Origin: an uncultured virus (IMG/VR IMGVR_UViG_3300031840_000546)
Taxonomy: Duplodnaviria > Heunggongvirae > Uroviricota > Caudoviricetes
DNA length: 57,186 nt
Virus record (IMG/VR): IMGVR_UViG_3300031840_000546
Strand: one strand, 5' to 3'
The position numbers and the translations under genes are program-made. How positions within the stretch are numbered: position 1 is the first letter of the stretch; each line of letters starts with the position of its first letter. Shown here piece after piece: positions 9,901 through 19,598 of the stretch. The notes beneath the pieces are model-generated. The model did not search any database. It worked only from the letters and a program-made list of their open reading frames with translations, and was not told the origin of the DNA.

Positions 9901-11269
9901 TGAATACTCTCGCAGAGTTATTCCGTATCTAGAAGAAGAATATTTTCAATCCAGAGTCGATAGACTTGTCTTTACTGAGATCAAGAACTATACGTTAAAG
10001 TATAGAAGCACTCCGAGTAAAGAGGCGATCAAGATATCACTGGACTCTCACGACGAGTTGACTCAGACTGAGATTCATGACTCCAATGAACTTATCGACT
10101 CATTGAATCAATGCACAAAGACCGAAGAGTTTGAGTGGTTGTTAAATGAGACTGAATCGTTTTGTAAAGACAAAGCGGTTTATAATGCTATTCTAGAGTC
10201 GATTCATATCATTGATGGAAAGTCAAAGTCTAAAACCTCTGGTGCGATCCCTGAGATCTTATCTGATGCACTCGCTGTGTCTTTTGATACACACATCGGT
10301 CACGACTACATCGAAGATTCGAATGATCGATATGAGTTTTATCATCAAGTCGAGAAGAAGATTCCGTTTGATCTAGATTTTATGAATCGAATCACTAATG
10401 GTGGTACACCATCCAAGACTTTGAATATTGTCATGGCTGGAACTGGTGTTGGTAAGTCTTTGTTCATGTGTCACCACGCTGCAAACTGTTTGATGCAGAA
10501 CCTAAATGTTCTGTATATCACTTGTGAGATGGCGGAAGAAAGAATCGCAGAGAGAATCGATGCGAACATCATGAACATCACGCTTGATGATCTGAAAGAT
10601 TTACCTTTCAAGATGTATGAACAGAAACTAAATGCAGCAACGAATGGTGTTAGTGGTAAACTAATTATCAAAGAGTATCCCACAGCAACAGCAAACTGCA
10701 ATCACTTTAGAATCCTGCTCGATGAATTATCATTGAAGAAGAAGTTTAAACCTGATATTATCTTCATTGATTATCTAAACATCTGTGCATCCTCTAGACT
10801 GAAGCAAGGAAGCAACGTGAACTCTTACACATTTATTAAGTCAATCGCAGAGGAACTTCGTGGTCTTGCAGTCGAGAAGAATGTTCCGATCTTTAGTGCG
10901 ACTCAAGTTAATCGAACTGGTTACTCCAGTAGTGATGTTGGTCTTGAAGATACGTCAGAATCCTTTGGTCTTCCTGCGACTGCTGACTTCATGTTCGCAT
11001 TGATATCAACGGACGAGTTGGAGGAACACAACCAAGTCATGGTGAAACAGTTGAAGAATCGTTATAACGATACTGCTGTCAATCGAAAGTTTGTTCTGAG
11101 TATTGAAAGAGCAAAGATGAAACTGATCGATGTTCAAGCAGATGAGCAAGACCTTATTGGTTCGAATCAAACAGATGAGGACTCGTTTGGTTCTGGTTTT
11201 GACGGTAAGAAGTTTGACGATGAGTTTCAAGCACCAGAGTCTAAGAAATTTACTGATTGGAAAATGTAA
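9857..11269 (+). CDS. 41: Replicative DnaB-like helicase (gp41)
   Basis: AGTGVGKS, EMAEE, IDYLNIC, SATQ.NR, TSESFGLPATAD, KQLKNRY. Confidence 0.97.
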   Translation: MNTEQLILSNLINNDEYSRRVIPYLEEEYFQSRVDRLVFTEIKNYTLKYRSTPSKEAIKISLDSHDELTQTEIHDSNELIDSLNQCTKTEEFEWLLNETESFCKDKAVYNAILESIHIIDGKSKSKTSGAIPEILSDALAVSFDTHIGHDYIEDSNDRYEFYHQVEKKIPFDLDFMNRITNGGTPSKTLNIVMAGTGVGKSLFMCHHAANCLMQNLNVLYITCEMAEERIAERIDANIMNITLDDLKDLPFKMYEQKLNAATNGVSGKLIIKEYPTATANCNHFRILLDELSLKKKFKPDIIFIDYLNICASSRLKQGSNVNSYTFIKSIAEELRGLAVEKNVPIFSATQVNRTGYSSSDVGLEDTSESFGLPATADFMFALISTDELEEHNQVMVKQLKNRYNDTAVNRKFVLSIERAKMKLIDVQADEQDLIGSNQTDEDSFGSGFDGKKFDDEFQAPESKKFTDWKM

Positions 11270-12333
11270 TGAGTCTATTCATTGACAAAAAGTTTATAAA
11301 TATCGTGTCACCACAACTTGATAAGTTTGCATGGAAAAAGGACAATCTTGCAAACTGTCGTTGTCCTATTTGTGGTGATTCGACAACTAATAAAAACAAA
11401 GCGAGGGGATATTTTTTTGCAAACAAGAACAGTTACTTTTATAAGTGTCATAACTGCGGTTATGGAAGTAACGTATATAACTTCTTAAAAGAGGTTGCTC
11501 CAACTGTTGCAAAAGAATATTCTCTCGAAACCTTTTCAAGTAGAAATGAAAAGAAAAAGAATGATGTGATTGTTCCTAAGCAGGATGAGAAGATGTTTAA
11601 TTTATTTCAAAAACCAAAACCAAAGGATGATTCGCAATATCTAAAGAATTGCATTCGAGTTGATAAACTTGATTCGGATCACTTTTGCAGGCAGTTTTTG
11701 GAGTTGCGTAAGATTCCAAAGGACGCATATAAATTACTTTACTTCTCTGAGAACTTTGGAAGGTTTCTTAAGAAAATGGACCCCGAAACTACGATGCAGT
11801 GTGGTTGGGAACCACGATTGGTAATTCCATTTTATAATCAAGAGGGTGATGTTGTCGCTGCACAGGGTAGAGCGTTGAACATGCAAGATGAAAAGAATGC
11901 TAGGTCAACTGCAAAGTATCTAACCGTCAAGACTGATAAATCAGCGGATCGTTTGTGGTATGGTCAATGGAGAGTGAATCCAAAGAAACGAATTTATATC
12001 GTAGAGGGTCCGCTCGATAGTTTGTTCATACCTAATACTATCGCTATGGTTGGTGCTGGTGCGTTGGATCAAATACCAACACATTTATCCGAGAGTGAAG
12101 GAGTTTATGTTCTCGATAATGAACCAAGAAACGCACAGATTGTTCGATACAACGAACGTCTAATTGAACTTGGTAAGAGTGTTTGTATATGGCCCAATGA
12201 TATAAAGCAAAAAGATATAAATGATCTGATTACTTCGGGATACAATTCGTCTAGTATCAAAAGTATCATTGATGAAAATACAGTTTCGGGACTACAGGCT
12301 AATTTACGATTAACACACTGGAGAAAAGTATGA
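11269..12333 (+). CDS. 61: DNA primase (gp61)
   Basis: Zn finger CPICGD...CHNCG; TOPRIM VEGPLDSLF, DNEPRN, KDIND. Confidence 0.96.
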   Translation: MSLFIDKKFINIVSPQLDKFAWKKDNLANCRCPICGDSTTNKNKARGYFFANKNSYFYKCHNCGYGSNVYNFLKEVAPTVAKEYSLETFSSRNEKKKNDVIVPKQDEKMFNLFQKPKPKDDSQYLKNCIRVDKLDSDHFCRQFLELRKIPKDAYKLLYFSENFGRFLKKMDPETTMQCGWEPRLVIPFYNQEGDVVAAQGRALNMQDEKNARSTAKYLTVKTDKSADRLWYGQWRVNPKKRIYIVEGPLDSLFIPNTIAMVGAGALDQIPTHLSESEGVYVLDNEPRNAQIVRYNERLIELGKSVCIWPNDIKQKDINDLITSGYNSSSIKSIIDENTVSGLQANLRLTHWRKV

Positions 12334-13058
12334 GTCAAGTAGAGGTGTTAGATAAAGGTCACGTTGATTACGTTGATCATATGGGTAGCGACCTTACAGT
12401 ATGTAACGCTGCAAGAGTTTCGTTCAACAAAGAATCTGAGTGGGGACTTGACTTCGATGCAATCGAACGTTTGAAAAGTTGTCCTTACAACAAAGATGAT
12501 GTTCGAATGCTCAAAGAGAAAGACGAGAAACTTATTCGTTACCTTGCAAAACACAATCACTGGACTCCTTTCGCACACCCTCAAATTACAGTGCGAGTCA
12601 AAGCACCCGTTTCTATTCGTACACAATTCTTCAAGCACAAGCAAGGATTTGTGGAGAACGAGATCAGCCGTCGTTATGTTTCTTACGAGCCAGAGTTTTA
12701 CTCTCCTACATGGAGAGGAAAGCCAACTGATGGTGCAAAGCAAGGGAGTGAGGATTTTGTCACGGAGAAAGTCCGAACAAATTTGTATGACGCTATTTGT
12801 AGAGAGTCATACGAAAAGGCTCTTCAAGTTTATAACACACTGATCGAACAAGGAATCGCACCAGAGCAAGCACGTTTTGTTTTACCACAAGGAATGTATA
12901 CCGAGTGGTATTGGACGGGATCTCTCGCAGCGTTCGCAAGATTCTATAAGCAACGTAAAGACGATCATGCACAGTGGGAGATTCGTGAATACGCTAGTGC
13001 AGTCGGAAAAATCATTGAACCTTTCTTTCCAGTTTCGTGGAAATGTTTGACAAAATAA
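12330..13058 (+). CDS. thyX: Flavin-dependent thymidylate synthase
   Basis: NAARVSF, HWTPF, NEISRRY, EQARFVLP, HAQWEIR. Confidence 0.96.
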   Translation: MSQVEVLDKGHVDYVDHMGSDLTVCNAARVSFNKESEWGLDFDAIERLKSCPYNKDDVRMLKEKDEKLIRYLAKHNHWTPFAHPQITVRVKAPVSIRTQFFKHKQGFVENEISRRYVSYEPEFYSPTWRGKPTDGAKQGSEDFVTEKVRTNLYDAICRESYEKALQVYNTLIEQGIAPEQARFVLPQGMYTEWYWTGSLAAFARFYKQRKDDHAQWEIREYASAVGKIIEPFFPVSWKCLTK

Positions 13059-13087
13059 AATAAATAAAGGACAACTGGAGATTAATT

Positions 13088-15040
13088 ATGAGCGAACATT
13101 TACCAACACAATATCAAAACTTTATTCACCTTTCTCGTTACTCTCGATGGGTTCCCGAACAGGGACGAAGAGAAACATGGAACGAAACTGTAGCAAGATA
13201 TTTTGACTTCTTTGTTGAACACTTAGAAGAAAAATGTAACTACATTGTTCCCGCTGATGAAAGAAAAGAGTTAGAGAATGCAGTTTTAAATCTTGAGATC
13301 ATGCCTTCGATGAGAGCATTGATGACAGCAGGAGAAGCACTCAAGAGAGACAACGTTGCTGGTTATAACTGTTCATATGTTGCTGTGAATCGTCTACGTT
13401 CTTTTGATGAGATCTTATACATTCTCATGTGCGGAACAGGTGTTGGTTTCTCTGTTGAGCGTGGTGAAGTCGATCAACTTCCAATCATCGCAGAAGAGTT
13501 TCATGATACCGATACAACAATCGTAGTCGCAGACTCGAAGATCGGTTGGGCGAAGTCGTTCAAGGAATTGATTTCACTGTTGTCTATGGGTCAAGTTCCT
13601 GCATGGGACGTATCCAGAGTTCGTGCTGCTGGTGCAAGACTCAAAACTTTTGGTGGTAGATCTTCGGGACCAGAACCATTGGTTGACTTGTTTAACTTCA
13701 CAGTAGAAACATTCAAAAAGGCTGCTGGTCGTAGACTTACGACTATTGAGTGTCACGATATTGTATGCAAGATCGCTGAGATCGTCGTGGTTGGTGGTGT
13801 TCGTAGATCAGCACTTATCTCTCTCTCGTCGTTACAAGACGATAGAATGCGTGATGCAAAGTCTGGACAATGGTGGGTAACTGAACCACAAAGAGCCTTA
13901 GCAAACAACTCTGCAACATACGATGGTCCTGTTGAGGTTGGACAGTTTATGGAAGAATGGCTTGCATTGTATAAGTCAAAGAGTGGGGAACGTGGTATCT
14001 TCAACAGACAGGCTGCTAGATCCGCTTGTGATCGCATGTCAGAGTGGAGAAAGGGTGAAAATATTCTCCGTGACTCAAACCACAAGTTTGGTACAAATCC
14101 ATGCTCAGAGATCGTCCTACGCGACTGTGAGTTCTGTAATCTCACTGAAATTGTTGTGCGTGAAGGTGATACAAAAGCATCTCTGATGCGTAAAGCGAGA
14201 CTCGCTACCATTCTCGGAACATGGCAGTCTACTCTTACTGATTTTAGATACTTAGCCTCTTCGTGGAAAAAGAATTGCGAAGAAGAAAGGCTTCTCGGTG
14301 TTTCAATGACAGGAATCATGGACTGCAAACTTACGAATGGAAAAGGCGGTAATCGTCTTGATCAACTCTTGTCTGGTCTGAGAGATGAAGTTGTAAATGT
14401 AAACCGTGACTATGCGAACACTTTGGGTATACCACAGTCTGCTGCAACCACATGCGTAAAACCATCGGGAACCGTGTCTCAACTCGTAGACGCTGCGTCT
14501 GGTATTCATGCTCGTCACAACCCGTATTACATTCGCACAGTGAGAGCAGACAACAAAGATCCGCTGTGTCAGTTTATGAAAGACAAAGGTTTCCCCCACG
14601 AAGCATGTGTTATGAAACCTGATAACGTGACCGTGTTCTCTTTCCCAGTGAAAGCACCAGATAACTCTATCTTCAGAACAGACATGACTGCGATAGAACA
14701 GTTAGAGTTATGGTTGGTTTATCAAAAACAATGGTGCGAACACAAACCATCCGTAACGATTACAGTCAAGGAAAACGAGTGGCCTGAGGTTGGAAGTTGG
14801 GTTTGGAACAATCTAGACTACATTTCTGGTATTTCGTTCTTACCTCACTCTGACCATACTTATAAGCAAGCACCGTATCAAGACTGTGATGTGAAAGAAT
14901 ATAAAGAGTTATTGAAACAATTACCAACTGATGTTGATTGGACAGAGTTAAAAACATACGAGGAACAAGACAATACAGCAGGATCACAGACAATGGCCTG
15001 TTCTGGAGATTCGTGTGAAGTTGTAGATTTAACCACTTGA
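13088..15040 (+). CDS. nrdJ: Class II (adenosylcobalamin-dependent) ribonucleotide reductase, monomeric type
   Basis: MPSMRA, NCSY, GGVRRSA, NPCSE, TCVKPSGT, C-terminal CSGDSCE; no adjacent nrdB. Confidence 0.92.
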   Translation: MSEHLPTQYQNFIHLSRYSRWVPEQGRRETWNETVARYFDFFVEHLEEKCNYIVPADERKELENAVLNLEIMPSMRALMTAGEALKRDNVAGYNCSYVAVNRLRSFDEILYILMCGTGVGFSVERGEVDQLPIIAEEFHDTDTTIVVADSKIGWAKSFKELISLLSMGQVPAWDVSRVRAAGARLKTFGGRSSGPEPLVDLFNFTVETFKKAAGRRLTTIECHDIVCKIAEIVVVGGVRRSALISLSSLQDDRMRDAKSGQWWVTEPQRALANNSATYDGPVEVGQFMEEWLALYKSKSGERGIFNRQAARSACDRMSEWRKGENILRDSNHKFGTNPCSEIVLRDCEFCNLTEIVVREGDTKASLMRKARLATILGTWQSTLTDFRYLASSWKKNCEEERLLGVSMTGIMDCKLTNGKGGNRLDQLLSGLRDEVVNVNRDYANTLGIPQSAATTCVKPSGTVSQLVDAASGIHARHNPYYIRTVRADNKDPLCQFMKDKGFPHEACVMKPDNVTVFSFPVKAPDNSIFRTDMTAIEQLELWLVYQKQWCEHKPSVTITVKENEWPEVGSWVWNNLDYISGISFLPHSDHTYKQAPYQDCDVKEYKELLKQLPTDVDWTELKTYEEQDNTAGSQTMACSGDSCEVVDLTT

Positions 15041-15065
15041 CATCCATGTGAATCATATATATACT
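15037..15065 (+). promoter_or_regulatory. Sigma70-like promoter for the porin operon
   Basis: TTGACA-17bp-TATACT. Confidence 0.7.
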
Positions 15066-15129
15066 TTATCAACTCAAAGTTGAGTAAGGGGGGAGTTCAT
15101 CCCCCCTCAGTCTTAGAAAGGAGAAATTT

Positions 15130-15324
15130 ATGACTAAGACAAATACTACTGGTTGTTCCACGGAGTGTGGACAAGATTGCTTGAGCAAATTCCTTGCTCG
15201 TATCGGCTTCTGCCGTTCTACCCTTATTACCCTTGCTCTCGTTCCATTCGCTTGGGACGGTGTGACTTGGGCGATTGACGCTGTTAAGTCAGTGTTCGAT
15301 CTTGTTTCGGGGGTTGCTAACTAA
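15130..15324 (+). CDS. Small Cys-rich membrane-associated protein
   Basis: Strong SD (AAGGAG); CxxxCxxxC followed by a hydrophobic/amphipathic helix. Confidence 0.7.
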   Translation: MTKTNTTGCSTECGQDCLSKFLARIGFCRSTLITLALVPFAWDGVTWAIDAVKSVFDLVSGVAN

Positions 15325-16094
15325 TGAGTGTTCTTGCAACCACATTGTGTCTCTCTGCATTAACCGCTGCGGGAGACATCGAGTTTAGCGGTGTTGGTCA
15401 AACTGTCGTAACTTCCATTGATGGTGTTGAGACTTTGGATACCCGTCTGGTGCTTGGTGCATACGGCGAATCTAAAGGTGCTGTTTATGGTTTCTCTTTT
15501 GAAACCATCAACAATCTTGATGACACACAATTATGGGAAGCATATGTCGGTGCTGACTTCGGTGGTGTTGATGTCACCGTTGGTCGTTTCCAACGCAACT
15601 TTAGTGCTGAACTCGCATCGTCCGCATACACCTATGGTTTTGGTTTGACCAACTCCAGTGTGTTCGGGTTGGGCGGCGTCGTCGTTGACGGCGTTTCGTT
15701 CGGAGGTAACGTCGGTGACGCTTCCTTCTCTTTCGACATCGTGGGAGATGATGTCTTTGGTGACTCCGTTACTTACGGTGGTCGTGTTGAACTCGGAGCA
15801 TTAGGTTTCGGTTTCATCGGTGAGGAATTTGATGTTTGGACTGTTGACATTTCTGATGACAGTGGATTTATTTCCTACACTGACGACAACGGTGATTGGA
15901 CCGCTGTTGCACAGGGTGTGATTTTTACGGTAGAAGATACTTTCTCTGGCTACGGTCGGGTAGAGTATGATTATCTGGATGAAACCACATTTGCCGTTGG
16001 TGGTAAGTGTGAATTCCAAGATGGTGTTTCTGCCCTTGTTGAGTATGATGATCGTGACGAGGCAGTTCGTGCTGGTCTTAGATTCACATTCTAA
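15324..16094 (+). CDS. Outer-membrane beta-barrel porin-like protein
   Basis: Signal-peptide-like N-terminus, alternating beta strands, LWEAYV...VTVGRFQ motif seen in OprO/P-like porins, terminal GLRFTF beta-signal. Confidence 0.7.
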   Translation: MSVLATTLCLSALTAAGDIEFSGVGQTVVTSIDGVETLDTRLVLGAYGESKGAVYGFSFETINNLDDTQLWEAYVGADFGGVDVTVGRFQRNFSAELASSAYTYGFGLTNSSVFGLGGVVVDGVSFGGNVGDASFSFDIVGDDVFGDSVTYGGRVELGALGFGFIGEEFDVWTVDISDDSGFISYTDDNGDWTAVAQGVIFTVEDTFSGYGRVEYDYLDETTFAVGGKCEFQDGVSALVEYDDRDEAVRAGLRFTF

Positions 16095-16119
16095 CTGATC
16101 CTTGAGGATCACCTCTTCC

Positions 16120-16150
16120 AACACCCCCAAGAAATTGGGGGTGTTTTTTT
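16120..16150 (+). terminator. Rho-independent terminator
   Basis: AACACCCCCAA-GAAA-TTGGGGGTGTT followed by a T run. Confidence 0.9.
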
Positions 16151-16160
16151 ATGCTATTTA

Positions 16161-16204
16161 CTTATCAAACGCTAACCATCCCATAACGGTTTCTTTACAG
16201 CCTG
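16161..16204 (+). promoter_or_regulatory. Candidate Pho-box-like / OmpR-family direct repeat array
   Basis: cTTATCA, cTAACCA, aTAACGG, tTTACAG at exact 11-bp period, upstream of a gene with no obvious TTGACA. Confidence 0.4.
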
Positions 16205-16243
16205 ATGAATAAGTATTAAGTAAATGTAAAATAGGATATCAAT

Positions 16244-17845
16244 ATGACAAATCTTCTTATCGCTTTTGTTCTCTCAGCAAACATCGATGTCACTGAAGAC
16301 ATCGCAACATCGACAACTTGGACTGCTGACAATACTTATAACCTAACAAAACAAATCTATGTTTTGCCAGGTGCGTCTTTAACAATTGAAGCAGGAACAA
16401 TCATCGCATCCGAAGCAACTGCGAATGGTGCAGGTGGTTTATGTGTGACTAACGGCGCACAAATCTTTGTAAATGGAGAGCGACACGCACCAGTCGTGAT
16501 GACCTCAACCCTAGACGATGGAACTTGGAGAGCATCTGCAAACGAGTGGGGTAATCTTACACTTTGCGGTGATGCGTATATCGGATTCGATGGTGTGACA
16601 AACTCTGGAGGTTTTCCATCAAACACTCTGACACCAAGTGCATCCAATCAAGCAAATATGGAAGGTCTAGTCGAAACAGCAGGTAATCCATCTCTAAATA
16701 ATTATGGAGGTGGTGATGACGATTATGATGCAGGTAATCTATCTTATCTGTCTATTCGCTATGCGGGTAGAGTTGTCGGACTATCTAACGAACTCAATGG
16801 TTTGTCTCTTGGTGCTATTGGTCGGGATACGAAAATTCACCACATCGAGGTGATGAATAATGTCGATGACGGTATCGAGATTTGGGGTGGTACGGTTGAC
16901 CTAAAATATGTTTCCATTTGGAATGTCGGCGATGACTCGTTTGATGTTGATCAAGGTTGGAGAGGTCGGGCGCAGTTTGGTTTGATTGTGCAAGGTTACT
17001 CACGAAACGCTTCGCAAGGTTCTGGTCTTGGTGATAATATTTTTGAGTTTGATGGTGCAGAAAACTCTGACGCACAACCAAGAACTCGTGCAGCAATTTA
17101 TAACTTTACCACGATTGCCAACACTGAGTCAGGCGATGGTACAACAACTTGGAGAGACAACGCATCGGTTCAATTCCGAAACAACATCTTCATCGGAAAG
17201 GGCGACAAACTCGTTCGTGCTGATGGGGATGACGGAGATGGTTCTTCGGGGTATGGTCATAACGGGACTCTGACGCTCGCTGAACGCTTTGAGACTGATG
17301 CAGTGGGATCAAACGGGATTGCTTACATTGATCCTGTAAACTCTGGTGCTTCGTCCATGATGGACAGCCTGTATCAAGCACAAACCGATGGCAAACTTGC
17401 AGAATTGTCAAACAACATCATCTCTGGTTTTGGTGATATTTCCGATGACCCATACTACGACATCGTGCCTGCGTCAATGCGTGTTACAAATATTGAAACC
17501 GAAGAACTTCCGATTCGCTCACTGGTTCGTGCGCCAAGTGTTGTTGTCGGTGGTAAGTTTGTGAATGCTGTTGTGTCAATTGACCCGACACCGATTGACT
17601 CTGACATTATCACGACACCTGCTCCTGCACCTGCGAATGGTTTTTACTCACCCGTCACCTATCGTGGTGGTTTTGCTCCCGATGAAAACTGGTTGACTGG
17701 TTGGAGTGCCGCTGATGAGTTTGGTTTCTTGACAGGAACAGACGATAGCGATTGTGGAACTTGTAAGGGTGATGCAAATGCCGATGGTGTGGTTGGTTTC
17801 CTTGACCTGACTACCATTCTTGGAAACTGGGGATGCGAAGGCTAA
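16244..17845 (+). CDS. Secreted beta-helix surface protein with C-terminal dockerin-like domain
   Basis: TTWTADNTY.L...LTIEAGT, ELNGLSLG..G..T.IHHIEV.NN.DDGIE.WGG, DDSFDVDQGW, YRGGF....NWLTGW; tail CKGDANADGVVGFLDLTTILGNWG. Confidence 0.75.
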   Translation: MTNLLIAFVLSANIDVTEDIATSTTWTADNTYNLTKQIYVLPGASLTIEAGTIIASEATANGAGGLCVTNGAQIFVNGERHAPVVMTSTLDDGTWRASANEWGNLTLCGDAYIGFDGVTNSGGFPSNTLTPSASNQANMEGLVETAGNPSLNNYGGGDDDYDAGNLSYLSIRYAGRVVGLSNELNGLSLGAIGRDTKIHHIEVMNNVDDGIEIWGGTVDLKYVSIWNVGDDSFDVDQGWRGRAQFGLIVQGYSRNASQGSGLGDNIFEFDGAENSDAQPRTRAAIYNFTTIANTESGDGTTTWRDNASVQFRNNIFIGKGDKLVRADGDDGDGSSGYGHNGTLTLAERFETDAVGSNGIAYIDPVNSGASSMMDSLYQAQTDGKLAELSNNIISGFGDISDDPYYDIVPASMRVTNIETEELPIRSLVRAPSVVVGGKFVNAVVSIDPTPIDSDIITTPAPAPANGFYSPVTYRGGFAPDENWLTGWSAADEFGFLTGTDDSDCGTCKGDANADGVVGFLDLTTILGNWGCEG

Positions 17846-18471
17846 TCAGAACATTTGTTGCTTTCGTTCTTGGATTGGGATGCACAGCATTCTTCTTTAT
17901 GCTATTGCCTTTGCTTCAAGCAATCAACTCTCCGTTCCAAGGTGATTCCGTGGCACGAACGATGGAAATCGTCAGCGTTCCACCACCTCCACCGCCTCCG
18001 ATGGATGAACCCGATGACCCTGAACCAGAACCTGAACCAGATCCACCAAAAATGGATTCTACTCCTGAACCACTTGATATAAGTCAGTTAGAAGTTATGC
18101 TAAATCCTGGCTTTGGAGATTTTTTGAGTGGTGATTTCGGTGTCCAGTTGCAAAGTGCTATGTCCAGTAGTGAGGAAATGAATGAAATCTTCTCTTCGTC
18201 AGAACTTGATCAGAAGGCTCGTCGGTTGAGCGTAGTGCAGCCTCGTCTAACTTCTACCTTGTTACGTCAAGCACCTGCAACCGTGGTCGTAATCTTTATT
18301 GTTGATGAAAGTGGTCGGGTGCAAGATCCGAAAGTCCAACGCACCACGAATCCATCTTTCGACCGCTCTGCTCTTGCTGCAATCAAGCAGTGGAAGTTTG
18401 AGCCTGCTAAGGTTCAAGGTCGCTCTGTTTCAAGTCGTCTACGACAATCGTTCTCTTTCGAGAAAGGATAA
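17833..18471 (+). CDS. tonB: TonB-family energy transducer
   Basis: N-terminal TM helix, Pro-rich linker (PPPPPPP, EPEPEP), C-terminal VVVIFIVDESGRV..PKV...FDRSALAAIKQWKFEPA domain. Confidence 0.9.
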   Translation: MRRLIRTFVAFVLGLGCTAFFFMLLPLLQAINSPFQGDSVARTMEIVSVPPPPPPPMDEPDDPEPEPEPDPPKMDSTPEPLDISQLEVMLNPGFGDFLSGDFGVQLQSAMSSSEEMNEIFSSSELDQKARRLSVVQPRLTSTLLRQAPATVVVIFIVDESGRVQDPKVQRTTNPSFDRSALAAIKQWKFEPAKVQGRSVSSRLRQSFSFEKG

Positions 18472-18495
18472 CCATCCTTCGCATAAATAATTTAT

Positions 18496-19086
18496 ATGAT
18501 GAACCTTGCAGGAATAGATTATAGTCTCCGTGGTCCAGCGATTTGTATTTTCGCGGGTGACTATAATAAAACTTTTAGTTTCCAACAGTGTATGTTTTAC
18601 TTTTTGACCAACACAAAGAAACACGCACGGATGTATGGAGCAAACATCGCAGGGGATAGTTTTCAAATATTCATGGACGACTCAGAGAGATATGATTCTA
18701 TATCAGACTGGGCTATGGAAAAGATTCTACCAGTAGATCATGTATGTCTGGAGGGTTACGCTTACTCATCAAATAGTAATCGATTATTTCAGATCGCTGA
18801 GAATACTGGTGTGTTGAAGTTTAAAATATGGCAGAAGAGGTTACCGTTAAGCGTGACACCACCAAGTCAAATCAAAAAGTTTGCGACTGGTAAGGGTAAC
18901 GCGAATAAAGATGCGATGTATGAGGCGTTTAAAAAAGAAACTGACGTTGACTTGATGTCTCTTATAACACCATCGTCTAAGTCAGTCTCTAATCCTGTTT
19001 CAGATATTGTAGATTCTTATTATATCTGTAAGTATCTTTATACTACTTTGTCTCACGCGAACGCGCCCGACGCATCTGATACTTAA
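18496..19086 (+). CDS. RuvC-like Holliday junction resolvase (phage type)
   Basis: GIDYS, LEGYAY, ENTGVLK, KKFATGKGNA.KDAM, DIVDSYY. Confidence 0.8.
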   Translation: MMNLAGIDYSLRGPAICIFAGDYNKTFSFQQCMFYFLTNTKKHARMYGANIAGDSFQIFMDDSERYDSISDWAMEKILPVDHVCLEGYAYSSNSNRLFQIAENTGVLKFKIWQKRLPLSVTPPSQIKKFATGKGNANKDAMYEAFKKETDVDLMSLITPSSKSVSNPVSDIVDSYYICKYLYTTLSHANAPDASDT

Positions 19087-19113
19087 ACTCGTAATAATAC
19101 ATTCCCCCTGCTA

Positions 19114-19362
19114 TTAATACTGCGAGTATAACATAGTAGGGGTTAACCCTTTTTTTAACGCATCTTCCTCCATGCGATACATTGTGTCAACACCAAGAGC
19201 ATCACCAGCACCAATAAGGTCAGGTGTTTCTACTTGACTTGCAGATTCGAGTGTGTGAACTATTCGTGGTTGTCCGTCAATATCAATGTCAATGAAGGGT
19301 TCATCCCTCACACTCTTGACGCCTGCACAACCCACCAACAACATAACGAAAAGATATCTCAT
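19114..19362 (-). CDS. Small putative lipoprotein
   Basis: MRYLFVMLLVGC lipobox-like N-terminus. Confidence 0.55.
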   Translation of the reverse strand: MRYLFVMLLVGCAGVKSVRDEPFIDIDIDGQPRIVHTLESASQVETPDLIGAGDALGVDTMYRMEEDALKKGLTPTMLYSQY

Positions 19363-19571
19363 CGGGGGACACGCTGTTTCTTTTCAAAGAAAGTTTTACC
19401 CCGTGGTTCTGGTACTCTATTTCGTTGCACAGGCTTTTCTGCTTTCTTCATCACTCTATTATGGAAACGTTCTTTCATTTCAGAGACACCGTGTTTATGT
19501 CCTGCGACTAAACCGATTCCTAAACCCAAAAAGAAGATACAAATTCTTTTTAAAACTACATTGTTGTTCAT
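19359..19571 (-). CDS. Small membrane-anchored basic protein
   Basis: One N-terminal TM helix, basic tail, coupled to the downstream gene. Confidence 0.55.
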   Translation of the reverse strand: MNNNVVLKRICIFFLGLGIGLVAGHKHGVSEMKERFHNRVMKKAEKPVQRNRVPEPRGKTFFEKKQRVPR

Positions 19572-19598
19572 AAAATGCCTTTCAATTCTTTAATATTT

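Noticed and set aside
6066..15040. Inteins or introns in gp43, gp41 or NrdJ; stop-codon recoding
   Set aside because: ORFs are continuous and of normal length under the standard code; no suppressor tRNA seen
16097..16117. GGATCACCTCTT resembling the 16S rRNA 3' end
   Set aside because: Short imperfect match partly inside a small hairpin before a terminator; not distinguishable from chance
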